DNA from: an uncultured Roseburia sp.
Lineage (GTDB): Bacteria > Bacillota > Clostridia > Lachnospirales > Lachnospiraceae
Assembly: GCA_964390485.1 (NCBI GenBank)
Contig: CAYMIS010000003.1
Span: forward strand, 1,259 to 65,258
Reading direction: 5' to 3'
Length of the DNA: 64,000 bases
Shown: positions 20,226-29,338 of the stretch, in pieces
Layout: each line of letters begins with the position of its first letter
Numbering within the stretch: position 1 is the stretch's first letter
Translations under genes and position numbers: made by a program
The notes under the pieces: model-generated
What the model was told of the DNA's origin: nothing
Seen by the model: only the letters and a program-made list of their open reading frames with translations
Databases searched by the model: none

Positions 20226-20367
20226 GCTATTTCTCCTGTTTTCTTTTCTAAATTATTTTATGCACTAAAAATACTTTTGCGACAGAATATAACTGGTTTT
20301 TATTACCACATCTCCTTGTATTGCAAACCGTATTATGCTACACTTTTTAAGAAAGGAACGATTTCTT

Positions 20368-20922
20368 ATGACAGATATTAAAAAAACCAGTCGCAACCGC
20401 TTCACCCGCATGTGCATTGGGGAAGCCGTCATTGCTTTGATGCAGGAACGAAGCTTTGATGAAATAAAAATATCCGATATTGTTGCAAAAGCCGGCGTAT
20501 CCCGGATGACCTACTACCATTACTATGATTCTAAAACAGATATTTTAAGAGATTACCTGCAGGAAATTATTGCCACTTATTTAAGAAAGGTAGGTGTTTT
20601 TTCAAATCCAGATAAAAAAACACCAAAAAAGGATACAGGTGCCTTTCAAAGCTATCCCCATATCCTTCTATCTCTTTTATTTTTCGACCAATATGCCTCT
20701 TTTTTTCTGACTTTAACAGAGGCCGGTCTGTATTCCATCATTATTGATGCTATCAATGATTTTATGACCACACAGATTCTTCCTAATTATCAAGGCTCCA
20801 TTTATGAACTGTATTACTATTCCGGCGCATTGTTAAATACCTTTATCCGTTGGGAAAACAATGGTAAAAAAGAAACTGCGGAAGAAATAGCCACAATTAT
20901 TTCTTCCTTTGTATCCAAATAA
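20368..20922 (+). CDS. TetR/AcrR family transcriptional regulator
   Basis: IKISDIVAKAGVSRMTYYHYY helix-turn-helix. Confidence 0.9.
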   Translation: MTDIKKTSRNRFTRMCIGEAVIALMQERSFDEIKISDIVAKAGVSRMTYYHYYDSKTDILRDYLQEIIATYLRKVGVFSNPDKKTPKKDTGAFQSYPHILLSLLFFDQYASFFLTLTEAGLYSIIIDAINDFMTTQILPNYQGSIYELYYYSGALLNTFIRWENNGKKETAEEIATIISSFVSK

Positions 20923-20989
20923 TTCCATTCTTTACATATATATAAGCGGAACTGTTTTTTCTATGCCCTCGGTTCTTTTCGCTGATAAC

Positions 20990-21676
20990 TTATAAAATCC
21001 CGACCGCTTCCTTGGCGAGGCGGTCTGCTTCTTCATTTCCCTCTACCCCGGAGTGCCCTTTTACTTTTATAAATTGAATTTTTATCTTGTCTTTTACAGA
21101 CTGAATATAGTCATAGTATGCAATGGTTCCGGTTTTATTACGTTTCCAGCCACCGGTTGCCCACATTTCAATACCCATATAATCATAATAAATTGCTATT
21201 TCCGGCAGATTCAGTTCTACTGCTTTTCGGATTGCTGCCATACTCCCAAGAATCTCTCCTGCAACATTTCGCATAGATGCCATTTCTTCCTCATCTCCTG
21301 CGCCCTGTAACACTTCCTTCTTTCCTTCATGAACTAAAAATCCACCATAGCCATATACCTTTGTTGCAATATTATACGAGCCATCCACGAAGGCATAAAT
21401 CTTTGGTTCACTTTGGTTTGTCTTCTGCATTCCACCATTTGCCGCCGAATTTTTACCAGCATTAGCTGTACCTATTACTGCCTTTTCCTCTGCTTCTGCC
21501 AATGCTTCGTTTCCAACAAAAGTCTCAATTCCAATAAAAGCTTTCGCCTCTTCCATTGTTTTAAAACTTTTATAGACAGCCCCCGGATAACCATCCACCA
21601 TTTTCTTACAAATATCCCAGCTGTAATAAACTCCCGGTTTTCTACCTTTTTTCACTGCATAAAATTTTGATGCCAT
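20990..21676 (-). CDS. rnhA: Ribonuclease HI with N-terminal hybrid-binding (viroplasmin-like) domain
   Basis: KFYAVKKGRKPGVY..W..C..V.GYPGA.YKSF; catalytic FVDGS, GE, YD, HSG..NE.AD. Confidence 0.88.
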   Translation of the reverse strand: MASKFYAVKKGRKPGVYYSWDICKKMVDGYPGAVYKSFKTMEEAKAFIGIETFVGNEALAEAEEKAVIGTANAGKNSAANGGMQKTNQSEPKIYAFVDGSYNIATKVYGYGGFLVHEGKKEVLQGAGDEEEMASMRNVAGEILGSMAAIRKAVELNLPEIAIYYDYMGIEMWATGGWKRNKTGTIAYYDYIQSVKDKIKIQFIKVKGHSGVEGNEEADRLAKEAVGIL

Positions 21677-21709
21677 AATTCCTCTTTTCTATTTCTGATT
21701 TCCTATTTG

Positions 21710-22474
21710 CTACGCTTTAAATACCCACTGCTCAATAATCGCATATAACTCACGTACATAATAAGTTGGCAGATACATCCACGAAGTATGACTTGACACA
21801 CTGTAGGTTTCAAAGCCTTCTTTTTCTGCAATTACATTGGCACGATATTCGTGAAATTCACTCGTAATAATCGCTACCTCCAGACCTAAGCCCTTTTCTT
21901 TTAGAATTTCCTTGGAAAATTTAATATTCTCCTCTGTTGAGGTGGATTTGTCTTCCATTATTAACCGCTCTTTGTCAATTCCTTTCCCCGTCAGATATTC
22001 ATACATACACTGTGCCTCTGAAATATCCTCATCATTGCCTTTTCCACCGGAAAGAATACAGATTGCCTCAGGATTTTTATTCAAATAATCATAAGCAGCC
22101 TCCAAACGTTCCCGTAGAATGCGGCTTGGCGTTGTTCCATTTACCTTGCAGCCTAATAATAGTGCCGTTGTTCCCTTTGGCGGCTGATTTGTTGCTGCCT
22201 TTACCATACAGGTGGTTTCTGCTGCTGCCACAACCACAATCGCAGCCATTAAAAGCCCTGCCAGTAGAATACCGATTTTTCCGCCACCTTTAGACCAGAG
22301 CGTTACCAGCCATAGATTTATTTTTCCAAAAAACATTCCATATAAAAACAGTAAACCGCTTATTAGCATTCCTGTAATATTTCCTATATTAATCATCCCT
22401 GTCATCACCGGAAGGAAAAACCACAAAACTCCGATAATCCCTAGTCCCATTAACACATATTGTATCTTTTGCAT
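21710..22474 (-). CDS. YdcF/DUF218 family membrane protein
   Basis: ILSGGKG, SEAQCM, EDKSTSTEEN, TSEFHEYRA, RE. Confidence 0.85.
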   Translation of the reverse strand: MQKIQYVLMGLGIIGVLWFFLPVMTGMINIGNITGMLISGLLFLYGMFFGKINLWLVTLWSKGGGKIGILLAGLLMAAIVVVAAAETTCMVKAATNQPPKGTTALLLGCKVNGTTPSRILRERLEAAYDYLNKNPEAICILSGGKGNDEDISEAQCMYEYLTGKGIDKERLIMEDKSTSTEENIKFSKEILKEKGLGLEVAIITSEFHEYRANVIAEKEGFETYSVSSHTSWMYLPTYYVRELYAIIEQWVFKA

Positions 22475-22653
22475 CTTAAATAACCCCACCTTTCCAAGCC
22501 TCTTAAATTTCAAATTCTGCCGCCTTATTTCAATTATTAAAATCCACATCCCTATGTTACGGTCTTACCTTCAAAAAATCAAGGGAAAAAGGATCTTGCC
22601 GGCAAAATTCACAGGCTAACCCGCAGTCACATAATGACATCTTACTATAAAGT

Positions 22654-22680
22654 AAAACCCGACGCATAACATACGTCGGG
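22654..22680 (-). terminator. Intrinsic terminator
   Basis: cccgacg/cgtcggg stem plus TTTT on the minus strand. Confidence 0.55.
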
Positions 22681-22696
22681 CAATTTGTTTTATCAC

Positions 22697-23056
22697 TTAT
22701 TCTTCTTCAATCAGCTGCAATTTGCAGGAACCTCTGTTCTGTAATGGACATTCATATACATTGTCCTCACCACTTTTTCCAATGTATGAAAGTGGACATT
22801 TTCTGCAATCACCCTTTGCAAAGTCTCTCGGAACTTCAAATTCTAAACGGGCTTTAATAATTCCTTTTTTAATATTCTCTTTACGAATATTATTCCAGCT
22901 TAATGCCTGCATACAACTTGGACATTTCTCTGTTCCGACGGAAATGGCTTTTTTACAGACCGGACATGCATAAAATGGTTTGTCGTTGCGGTCTATTGTC
23001 TCGATAACCTCTGATGGTAACTGTTTAATAAGCTCTGCTCTTAAATCACCCTGCAT
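22697..23056 (-). CDS. Hypothetical Cys-rich (zinc-ribbon) protein
   Basis: CPVC, CPSC, CRKC, CPL...C; AAGGAG RBS. Confidence 0.7.
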   Translation of the reverse strand: MQGDLRAELIKQLPSEVIETIDRNDKPFYACPVCKKAISVGTEKCPSCMQALSWNNIRKENIKKGIIKARLEFEVPRDFAKGDCRKCPLSYIGKSGEDNVYECPLQNRGSCKLQLIEEE

Positions 23057-23164
23057 CTTTTCCTTCTCCTTTGCTACTATTTATCGTCTTATCCTACATG
23101 TATGATGTCTAATTTCATTATAACAAATTTAAAATAGTTCTCAAGTACTATTTCTTAAAATTCT

Positions 23165-23272
23165 GAAATTTGGGGACGCAGCCTTTTTTTCGAAATTTGG
23201 GGACGTAGCCTTTTTTTCAAAATTTAGGCTACGTCCCTGGATTTTGAAATTTAGGCTGCGTCCCTAAATTTC
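23165..23272. repeat. REP-like cluster: four ~27-bp units (two in each orientation)
   Basis: gaaatttggggacg(c/t)agcc x2, then aaatttaggct(a/g)cgtccc x2, directly after the porB stop. Confidence 0.85.
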
Positions 23273-23273
23273 A

Positions 23274-24215
23274 TTATCTGGAGCACTTAAATTGCAGGTC
23301 TTCCCATCTGCGGTCCACCTCTGCCTGGAACTGGGCAATTAAATCTTCGTTGCCCGGTTGAAACAGGTGCTTAAATCTGCCCTGTTCTCTTAAGAAGTCT
23401 TCAATCGGAAGCTTCTTCTTTGGCTCATAAGTCAGTTTCCATTTACCATGGTCAACTTCGAACATTGGCCAGTAGCAGGTATCTACCGCCAGCTTACAGA
23501 TTTTCATAATCTCCGGTGTATCATAACGCCAGCCTCTTGGACATGGTGTCATAATATTTAAAAAGCAGGCTCCCTCTGTGTAGATGGCCTTCTCTGCTTT
23601 TTTATGTAAATCTTTGAAATCATTCGTAAAAGTAGTCTGTGCCACATAAGGAACATCATGGTCTGCGATAATGGCAGCCAGGTCCTTACGGTTCTGCATT
23701 TTACCGGAGGATTTGGTTCCAACCGGTGTGGTTGTGGTATCTGCAAACATTGGTGTTGCAGAAGAACGCTGGATACCGGTGTTCATATAAGCTCCGTTGT
23801 CATAACAGACATATACCATATCATGACCACGTTCCATTGCCCCGGATAAGGACTGGAAACCAATATCATAAGTTCCACCATCTCCACCAAAGGTAATGAA
23901 CTTGTAATTTTCCTCCTGTGAAAGCTTTCCACGCTTCTTTAACGCCCTATAAGCAGTCTCCACACCGCTTAAGGTTGCCCCGGCATTCTCAAAGGCATTG
24001 TGAATATAACTGTCCTCCCAGGCAGTATAAGGATACATAAAGGAAGATACCTCTAAACATCCTGTCGCGTTACCGATAACGGCACGATCCCCCTCGTGAA
24101 GTGCACGTAACACAGCACGTACACCAATCGTAGCTCCGCAGCCTGCACACATACGATGTCCTGGTGCTAAACGCTCCGGTTTATTCATCATTTCTTTTAA
24201 ACTATAATCACTCAT
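23274..24215 (-). CDS. porB: Pyruvate/2-oxoacid:ferredoxin oxidoreductase beta subunit
   Basis: GHRMCAGCG, TGCLEV, GGDGGTYDIG, YDNGAYMNTGIQRS, PCPRGW. Confidence 0.92.
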   Translation of the reverse strand: MSDYSLKEMMNKPERLAPGHRMCAGCGATIGVRAVLRALHEGDRAVIGNATGCLEVSSFMYPYTAWEDSYIHNAFENAGATLSGVETAYRALKKRGKLSQEENYKFITFGGDGGTYDIGFQSLSGAMERGHDMVYVCYDNGAYMNTGIQRSSATPMFADTTTTPVGTKSSGKMQNRKDLAAIIADHDVPYVAQTTFTNDFKDLHKKAEKAIYTEGACFLNIMTPCPRGWRYDTPEIMKICKLAVDTCYWPMFEVDHGKWKLTYEPKKKLPIEDFLREQGRFKHLFQPGNEDLIAQFQAEVDRRWEDLQFKCSR

Positions 24216-24256
24216 CTCTATAGCTATGCTCCTTTTTCCATCCAAAAATCCTTCTC

Positions 24257-25438
24257 TTACTTGCGCAATCCCACATACTGATACTGCTCTACTTCTTTTC
24301 CATTTGTTTCGGCATCCTCTAATTCTGCAAAAATATCATAAACATCGGTAACAGTAAAATCACGTCCCGCAAGACCATAAATATAATTCACTGCTGAAAT
24401 CATCACCTTGTTACGGAAAAGTCCGGCAGTTACTTCACTTCCAAGAGGACCACCATTGCCGTTATAGCTTTCGCAACGATCCATAATTGCCACTGCCTTG
24501 CAGTTTTTCAGTGCCTCTGCTAGTTCCTTTGCCGGGAAAGGACGGAATACACGAAGCTTAATAAGTCCAACTTTTTTACCCTGCTCCCGCAAATCATCTA
24601 CTGCCTGTTTTGCAGTTCCTGCGGCAGACCCCATAATAAGCATAATATAATCCGCATCTTCTGTTCTATATTCTTCAAAAAGTCCATAGCTTCTGCCGGA
24701 AAGCTGCTCAAATTTTTTCGCCACTTCTAAAATAACTTCTTTTGCATTTTCTAAAGCAACTTCCTGATTTTTCTTTGCTTCCATCGCATAATTCGTTACA
24801 GAATATGGACCTACTGCAATTGGTTTTCCCGGGTTCAAAAGATATTCCTCCGGCTCATATTCACCGACAAATTCTTTGACCTCTGCATCTTCTAATAACT
24901 CAATATTTTCTACCGCATGGCTGGTAATAAATCCATCCTGGCATATCATAATTGGCAGATGAACATCCTTATGCTCTGCGATTGGATATGCCTGAAGGAA
25001 ATTATCATAGGCTTCCTGATTATTCTCTGCATAAATCTGAATCCATCCGGTATCCCTTGCCCCCATACCATCGGAATGGTCACAATTGATATTGATTGGA
25101 CCGGATAAGGTACGGTTTACTAAGGCTAATGCTAATGGCATACGATTAGATGCTGCCAACAATAATTCCTCCCACATAAGCGCAAGACCAGCAGAAGAAG
25201 TCGCTGTTAATGTTCTTGCCCCTGCTGCCTCTGAACCAATGGCCGCACTCATGGCAGAATGCTCACTTTCTACCGGAATAAATTCAGTATCCATTTCTCC
25301 ATTTGCAATATAAGTAGACACCATCTGTGGAATCTCTGTAGACGGCGTAATTGGGAATGCCGGCATAACATCCGGGTTTATCTGACGAATTGCATAGGAA
25401 ACTGCTTCGTTTCCTGACATACGATCTCTTTTTGCCAT
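24257..25438 (-). CDS. porA: Pyruvate/2-oxoacid:ferredoxin oxidoreductase alpha subunit
   Basis: SGNEAV, FPITPSTE, VESEHSA, TATSSAG, DGFITSH, FRPFP. Confidence 0.93.
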   Translation of the reverse strand: MAKRDRMSGNEAVSYAIRQINPDVMPAFPITPSTEIPQMVSTYIANGEMDTEFIPVESEHSAMSAAIGSEAAGARTLTATSSAGLALMWEELLLAASNRMPLALALVNRTLSGPININCDHSDGMGARDTGWIQIYAENNQEAYDNFLQAYPIAEHKDVHLPIMICQDGFITSHAVENIELLEDAEVKEFVGEYEPEEYLLNPGKPIAVGPYSVTNYAMEAKKNQEVALENAKEVILEVAKKFEQLSGRSYGLFEEYRTEDADYIMLIMGSAAGTAKQAVDDLREQGKKVGLIKLRVFRPFPAKELAEALKNCKAVAIMDRCESYNGNGGPLGSEVTAGLFRNKVMISAVNYIYGLAGRDFTVTDVYDIFAELEDAETNGKEVEQYQYVGLRK

Positions 25439-25440
25439 GA

Positions 25441-25803
25441 CTATCTGCCCTCCTTCATCTCAATTGCATGAAACGGGCAGACCTTTGCACAAATACCACA
25501 GCCCTTACAATGATCATAATCAAATTCTCCGCGCTTCGAGTCTTTTACCGGAATACTGGAATCCGGACAGACCGGTGCACATAACAGACACTGTTTGCAC
25601 AAATCAGCATGAAATACCGGTGTATTGGTTCTCCATTCCCCTGTTTTAAAATATTTTGATGTTCCACCGGCAAACATCATCAATCCCTCTGTCAGCTCCT
25701 GATGCGGAGTCTGCTCGTTTATTTTATGTACATCTGTTCTCATTTTTCTATTATTTACCCCTTTCAAAATCTTAAGAATTGTATCAGACTTATCTTCCTT
25801 CAT
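25441..25803 (-). CDS. porD: 2-oxoacid:ferredoxin oxidoreductase delta subunit (2x[4Fe-4S])
   Basis: TGEWR, CKQCLLCAPVCP, YDHCKGCGICAKVCP; start uncertain. Confidence 0.88.
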   Translation of the reverse strand: MKEDKSDTILKILKGVNNRKMRTDVHKINEQTPHQELTEGLMMFAGGTSKYFKTGEWRTNTPVFHADLCKQCLLCAPVCPDSSIPVKDSKRGEFDYDHCKGCGICAKVCPFHAIEMKEGR

Positions 25804-25822
25804 TACAATTCTATCTCGCCCC

Positions 25823-26419
25823 TTATTTTGCATCCTCTGTCAATGCAGATGCTAATTCCTCAAAGGTCATTGTCAGTGCTTTCATATTCCCGTCAATTAC
25901 CTCCGGTTTCTTAGCAAACTTATGCTGGTAAGAAGCCTTCATTTCATTAATAAACGCCTCTTTTTCCATGACACCACTAACTGCCACGGCCGCTGCAAGC
26001 ATTGGTGAATTTGGAAAATTCTTTCCTAATGTTTCCACAGAAATTCTTCTTGCATCTACGGTATAAACCCGTCCTGCATATCCATTTAATAATGGACGAA
26101 CCTCTTCCCGCGTCTTTGGTGTGTTAATAATAATCGCACCTTCAGACTTTAAACCGGCTGTTACATCAACGGAATGAAGCAGTGTTTCATCTACCACCAC
26201 TACTAAATCCGGTGTATAGATATTTGAATGTACACGAATTACATCCCTGCTGATTCTGTTATAGGCTGTTATTGGTGCGCCCATACGTTCTGGCCCATAC
26301 TCCGGAAATCCCTGTACATACTGTCCTGTTTTAAAAGCTACATCGGCCAAAAGAAGCGCTGCCGTTTTTGCCCCCTGGCCGCCTCTTCCATGCCATCTGA
26401 TTTCTAAGCTAGTACTCAT
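25823..26419 (-). CDS. porC: 2-oxoacid:ferredoxin oxidoreductase gamma subunit
   Basis: EIRWHGRGGQG, FPEYGPERMGAP. Confidence 0.92.
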   Translation of the reverse strand: MSTSLEIRWHGRGGQGAKTAALLLADVAFKTGQYVQGFPEYGPERMGAPITAYNRISRDVIRVHSNIYTPDLVVVVDETLLHSVDVTAGLKSEGAIIINTPKTREEVRPLLNGYAGRVYTVDARRISVETLGKNFPNSPMLAAAVAVSGVMEKEAFINEMKASYQHKFAKKPEVIDGNMKALTMTFEELASALTEDAK

Positions 26420-26582
26420 TTTTTAATACCTCTCCTATCCTTTCTCCATTGTTTCTTATGCTGAAATACATACACTTTTATGTAAAATTTCCAGCTCCTT
26501 TCATTATATCGCACATTTTAGCAAAGTAAAGTGAAAGTGTAAAAACATCTTCTCAAAAAAAGTAAACTTTTTTATAAAATTT

Positions 26583-26626
26583 AAAAGTGTGCCCTGAAAT
26601 ATCTCTACATTTCAAGACACACTTTT
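26583..26626 (-). terminator. Terminator after the DegV-fused kinase
   Basis: aaaagtgtg...cacactttt long stem. Confidence 0.55.
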
Positions 26627-26659
26627 CCTATCATCTTTTTATTTTCTTATTGTTCTGCT

Positions 26660-29338
26660 TTACTTTTTCTCATAATAAGCAATTCCAACAGAGCCCATCC
26701 CCGCATTACATGCATTAGAAAGGGAGGTTTTGTGAGTAATTGTCTTTTCAAAAGAAATTCTCTTTTCAATCTCACTTGTAATATACTCCTGTTGCTTTAT
26801 ACTGCAGCCTGCATGGGTAATATATACAATATCCGTATTTATTTTTCTCTTTTTCCGCATGGTATTTGCCACAAATCCCTTCCAGGTTCTTTCAAGTTCT
26901 CCAACTCTTACACCTACCAGTTTCAGACGGCTTTGTCGCATTTCCATCACCGGATGAAGATTCAATGCTTCACATACCTTTGCCGGTACCGGTTTCATAT
27001 ATCCACGAATCCTTAAATATCTGGTGGAAGGAATCATAAAACGGCTGACAATATGCTGTTTTATATTCTCCACTTCTTTACAGATTGTACTAATATCCTT
27101 TCCTTCTCTGGCAAGCTTTGCTGCATACAAAACAATCAGTCCCTGTCCGCCTGAAATATGCCCCGAATCAATTACATGCACATGGTCAAATCCTTTTGCT
27201 GCGGTAACTGCAATTCCATAACTTTTTCCTGCACTTGATGCCATGGAAATATGTATCACATGCTCTGCCTGTGCCAGTGCTTCTGCAAAGAATTCCTCAT
27301 ATTCTTCAATGGATACGCTATCGGCATAAAGCATACAATTCTTGTCTGTAAGAAATTGCGGCAGATTATCCGAGTTAATTTCTCTGGTATCTGCAAAACG
27401 CCCCTTATCTGTCTTAATATACAGATACATTACCTGAATGTCATATTTTTCTAACAGAGTTCTTGGCAAATCACATACACAGTCCGTCGTAATATACAGT
27501 CTCTTTTTCTTCTTTCTTGGAGCCTGTACCACATCTGCTCCCAACTGCACATAATTTACTTTTTCACGCTGATATTCAATAATTTCATCCGGCAGATAAC
27601 GTAATATCTCTTTCTCTAAGATTTCACCTCGTACCGGTTTTTCAAGAAAACTGTCAAATCCCTGTGAATGATAATTATTTTCTCCCTCCAGAAGTGCAGT
27701 ATTTGCTGTCAATGCAATTACCGCTGTTTCTTTGCACAAACCATTTTCCTGACGCCTTACTTCCCGCAGTGTTTCTTCTCCATTCATTTCTGACATCATA
27801 TAATCCATCAGTATTACATGATAAAACTTCTGCTTTGTCTTCTCTAAACACTCTGCTCCACTTGAGGCATAATCAATCTGTACTTTTGTTTCACTTAACA
27901 GCCCCATAATTACAGTCGCATTCATCTCACTGTCATCTACTAACAACACTCTTGCCTCCGGTGCCTCGAAGCTCTGCTGATATTTTGTTATTTCCGCCTG
28001 CGGACGATTCTCTAATAATGCCACTCGTCCAATTGGTGTCTCATCCACAATTCTCTGCTCTAAAATAACTGTAAACGTAGAACCTTTGGTATAGATACTA
28101 TCTACTGTAATTTCTCCCCCCATCAATTCTACCAACTGTTTCGTAATCGACATTCCAAGACCACTGCCTTCAATCTGAGGATGACCTTTTTCATCAAAAC
28201 GCTGAAAGGAATCATATAAATATTCCAGATTCTCCTTTTTAATTCCAATACCGGTATCCGCAACACATATGGTCAATACACAGGTTTCTTCCTGTTTCTT
28301 ATCTGCCTGAACAGACATGGATATAGTTCCCTCTTCTGTGTATTTTACGGCATTGGTAAGAATATTTAAGAGAATCTGTTTAATCCTTTTTTCATCTCCC
28401 CATAACACTCTTGGTACATCTTCGTCAATATTTACTAAGAGTCTTAATTTCTTTTTCTTTACCCGAATCTGTATCATATCAATTAATTCGCTAAACATAT
28501 CAATGGTCTGATACTCACCGGGTATAAGTTTCATTTTCTTTATTTCCAGCTGGGATAAATCTAACAAATCATTTACCAGATTTAAAAGCATCTTACTTGC
28601 GCTCTGAATATTCTTAGCATATTCTCTGGTTGTATAATCCTCACTTTCTCTTATAATCATTTCGTTTAAACCAATAATCGTATTAATCGGAGTTCTGATT
28701 TCATGACTCATATTGGCAAAAAAAGCATCCTTTGACTGGCTGACATGCTCTAATGTTTCTTTTTGTGAAAGAGTGACTGCCCGCTCTGCCTCATACGCCT
28801 TCATCTGAAATTTTGTAATAATCCCAAGTGTAACACCTACAGTTGCTATTGCAAAATAGAAATCCATATATACCATTTCTGTTGATTCCATTGGAATTAC
28901 CAGTTCCGGATGTAAATAAGCAACTATTAATACAACAGCATCTGTTACCAGCGCCAATAGAACAAAAAACACCAGTTTTTTTCCACTGAACATCATAAAG
29001 GCATAAGTCAGACACAAGGCAAACCATACCGGCGTCCCACCATTAATTCCTCCACTGATAAAAAACATATTAGGAAAGATAATGAGAATAATAGCAAATG
29101 CCAGTATGGAGGCTGCCATATTCATTTTTCCCCATTTAAAGGTTGCCAGCAGACAGATAATAATTGTTGGAAGCAATATAGCAAAAGGTAATACAAGCGT
29201 CTCTGTATCCAACAAAATCGCACATTCTGCCATAACTACAAAAGATAATATACTTCCTACAAGGATACATATCCGAAAAAGCCGTTCTCTTAAATCAAGT
29301 TCACGCCCAAACACCACTTTTTTAAGCTTTGCCAGCAT
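26660..29338 (-). CDS. Membrane hybrid histidine kinase with receiver and C-terminal DegV-like domain
   Basis: About 6 TM; ANMSHEIRTP; NILTNAVKYT; GSGLG; receiver LLVDD..ILMDYMM..KP; then ITTDCVCDLP...HVIDSGHISGGQG...ITHAG...GSVGIAY (DegV pattern). Confidence 0.88.
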   Translation of the reverse strand: MLAKLKKVVFGRELDLRERLFRICILVGSILSFVVMAECAILLDTETLVLPFAILLPTIIICLLATFKWGKMNMAASILAFAIILIIFPNMFFISGGINGGTPVWFALCLTYAFMMFSGKKLVFFVLLALVTDAVVLIVAYLHPELVIPMESTEMVYMDFYFAIATVGVTLGIITKFQMKAYEAERAVTLSQKETLEHVSQSKDAFFANMSHEIRTPINTIIGLNEMIIRESEDYTTREYAKNIQSASKMLLNLVNDLLDLSQLEIKKMKLIPGEYQTIDMFSELIDMIQIRVKKKKLRLLVNIDEDVPRVLWGDEKRIKQILLNILTNAVKYTEEGTISMSVQADKKQEETCVLTICVADTGIGIKKENLEYLYDSFQRFDEKGHPQIEGSGLGMSITKQLVELMGGEITVDSIYTKGSTFTVILEQRIVDETPIGRVALLENRPQAEITKYQQSFEAPEARVLLVDDSEMNATVIMGLLSETKVQIDYASSGAECLEKTKQKFYHVILMDYMMSEMNGEETLREVRRQENGLCKETAVIALTANTALLEGENNYHSQGFDSFLEKPVRGEILEKEILRYLPDEIIEYQREKVNYVQLGADVVQAPRKKKKRLYITTDCVCDLPRTLLEKYDIQVMYLYIKTDKGRFADTREINSDNLPQFLTDKNCMLYADSVSIEEYEEFFAEALAQAEHVIHISMASSAGKSYGIAVTAAKGFDHVHVIDSGHISGGQGLIVLYAAKLAREGKDISTICKEVENIKQHIVSRFMIPSTRYLRIRGYMKPVPAKVCEALNLHPVMEMRQSRLKLVGVRVGELERTWKGFVANTMRKKRKINTDIVYITHAGCSIKQQEYITSEIEKRISFEKTITHKTSLSNACNAGMGSVGIAYYEKK

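Noticed and set aside
20990-21676. Viroplasmin-like domain as a sign of viral origin
   Set aside because: It is the ordinary hybrid-binding domain found on many Firmicute RNase HI proteins.
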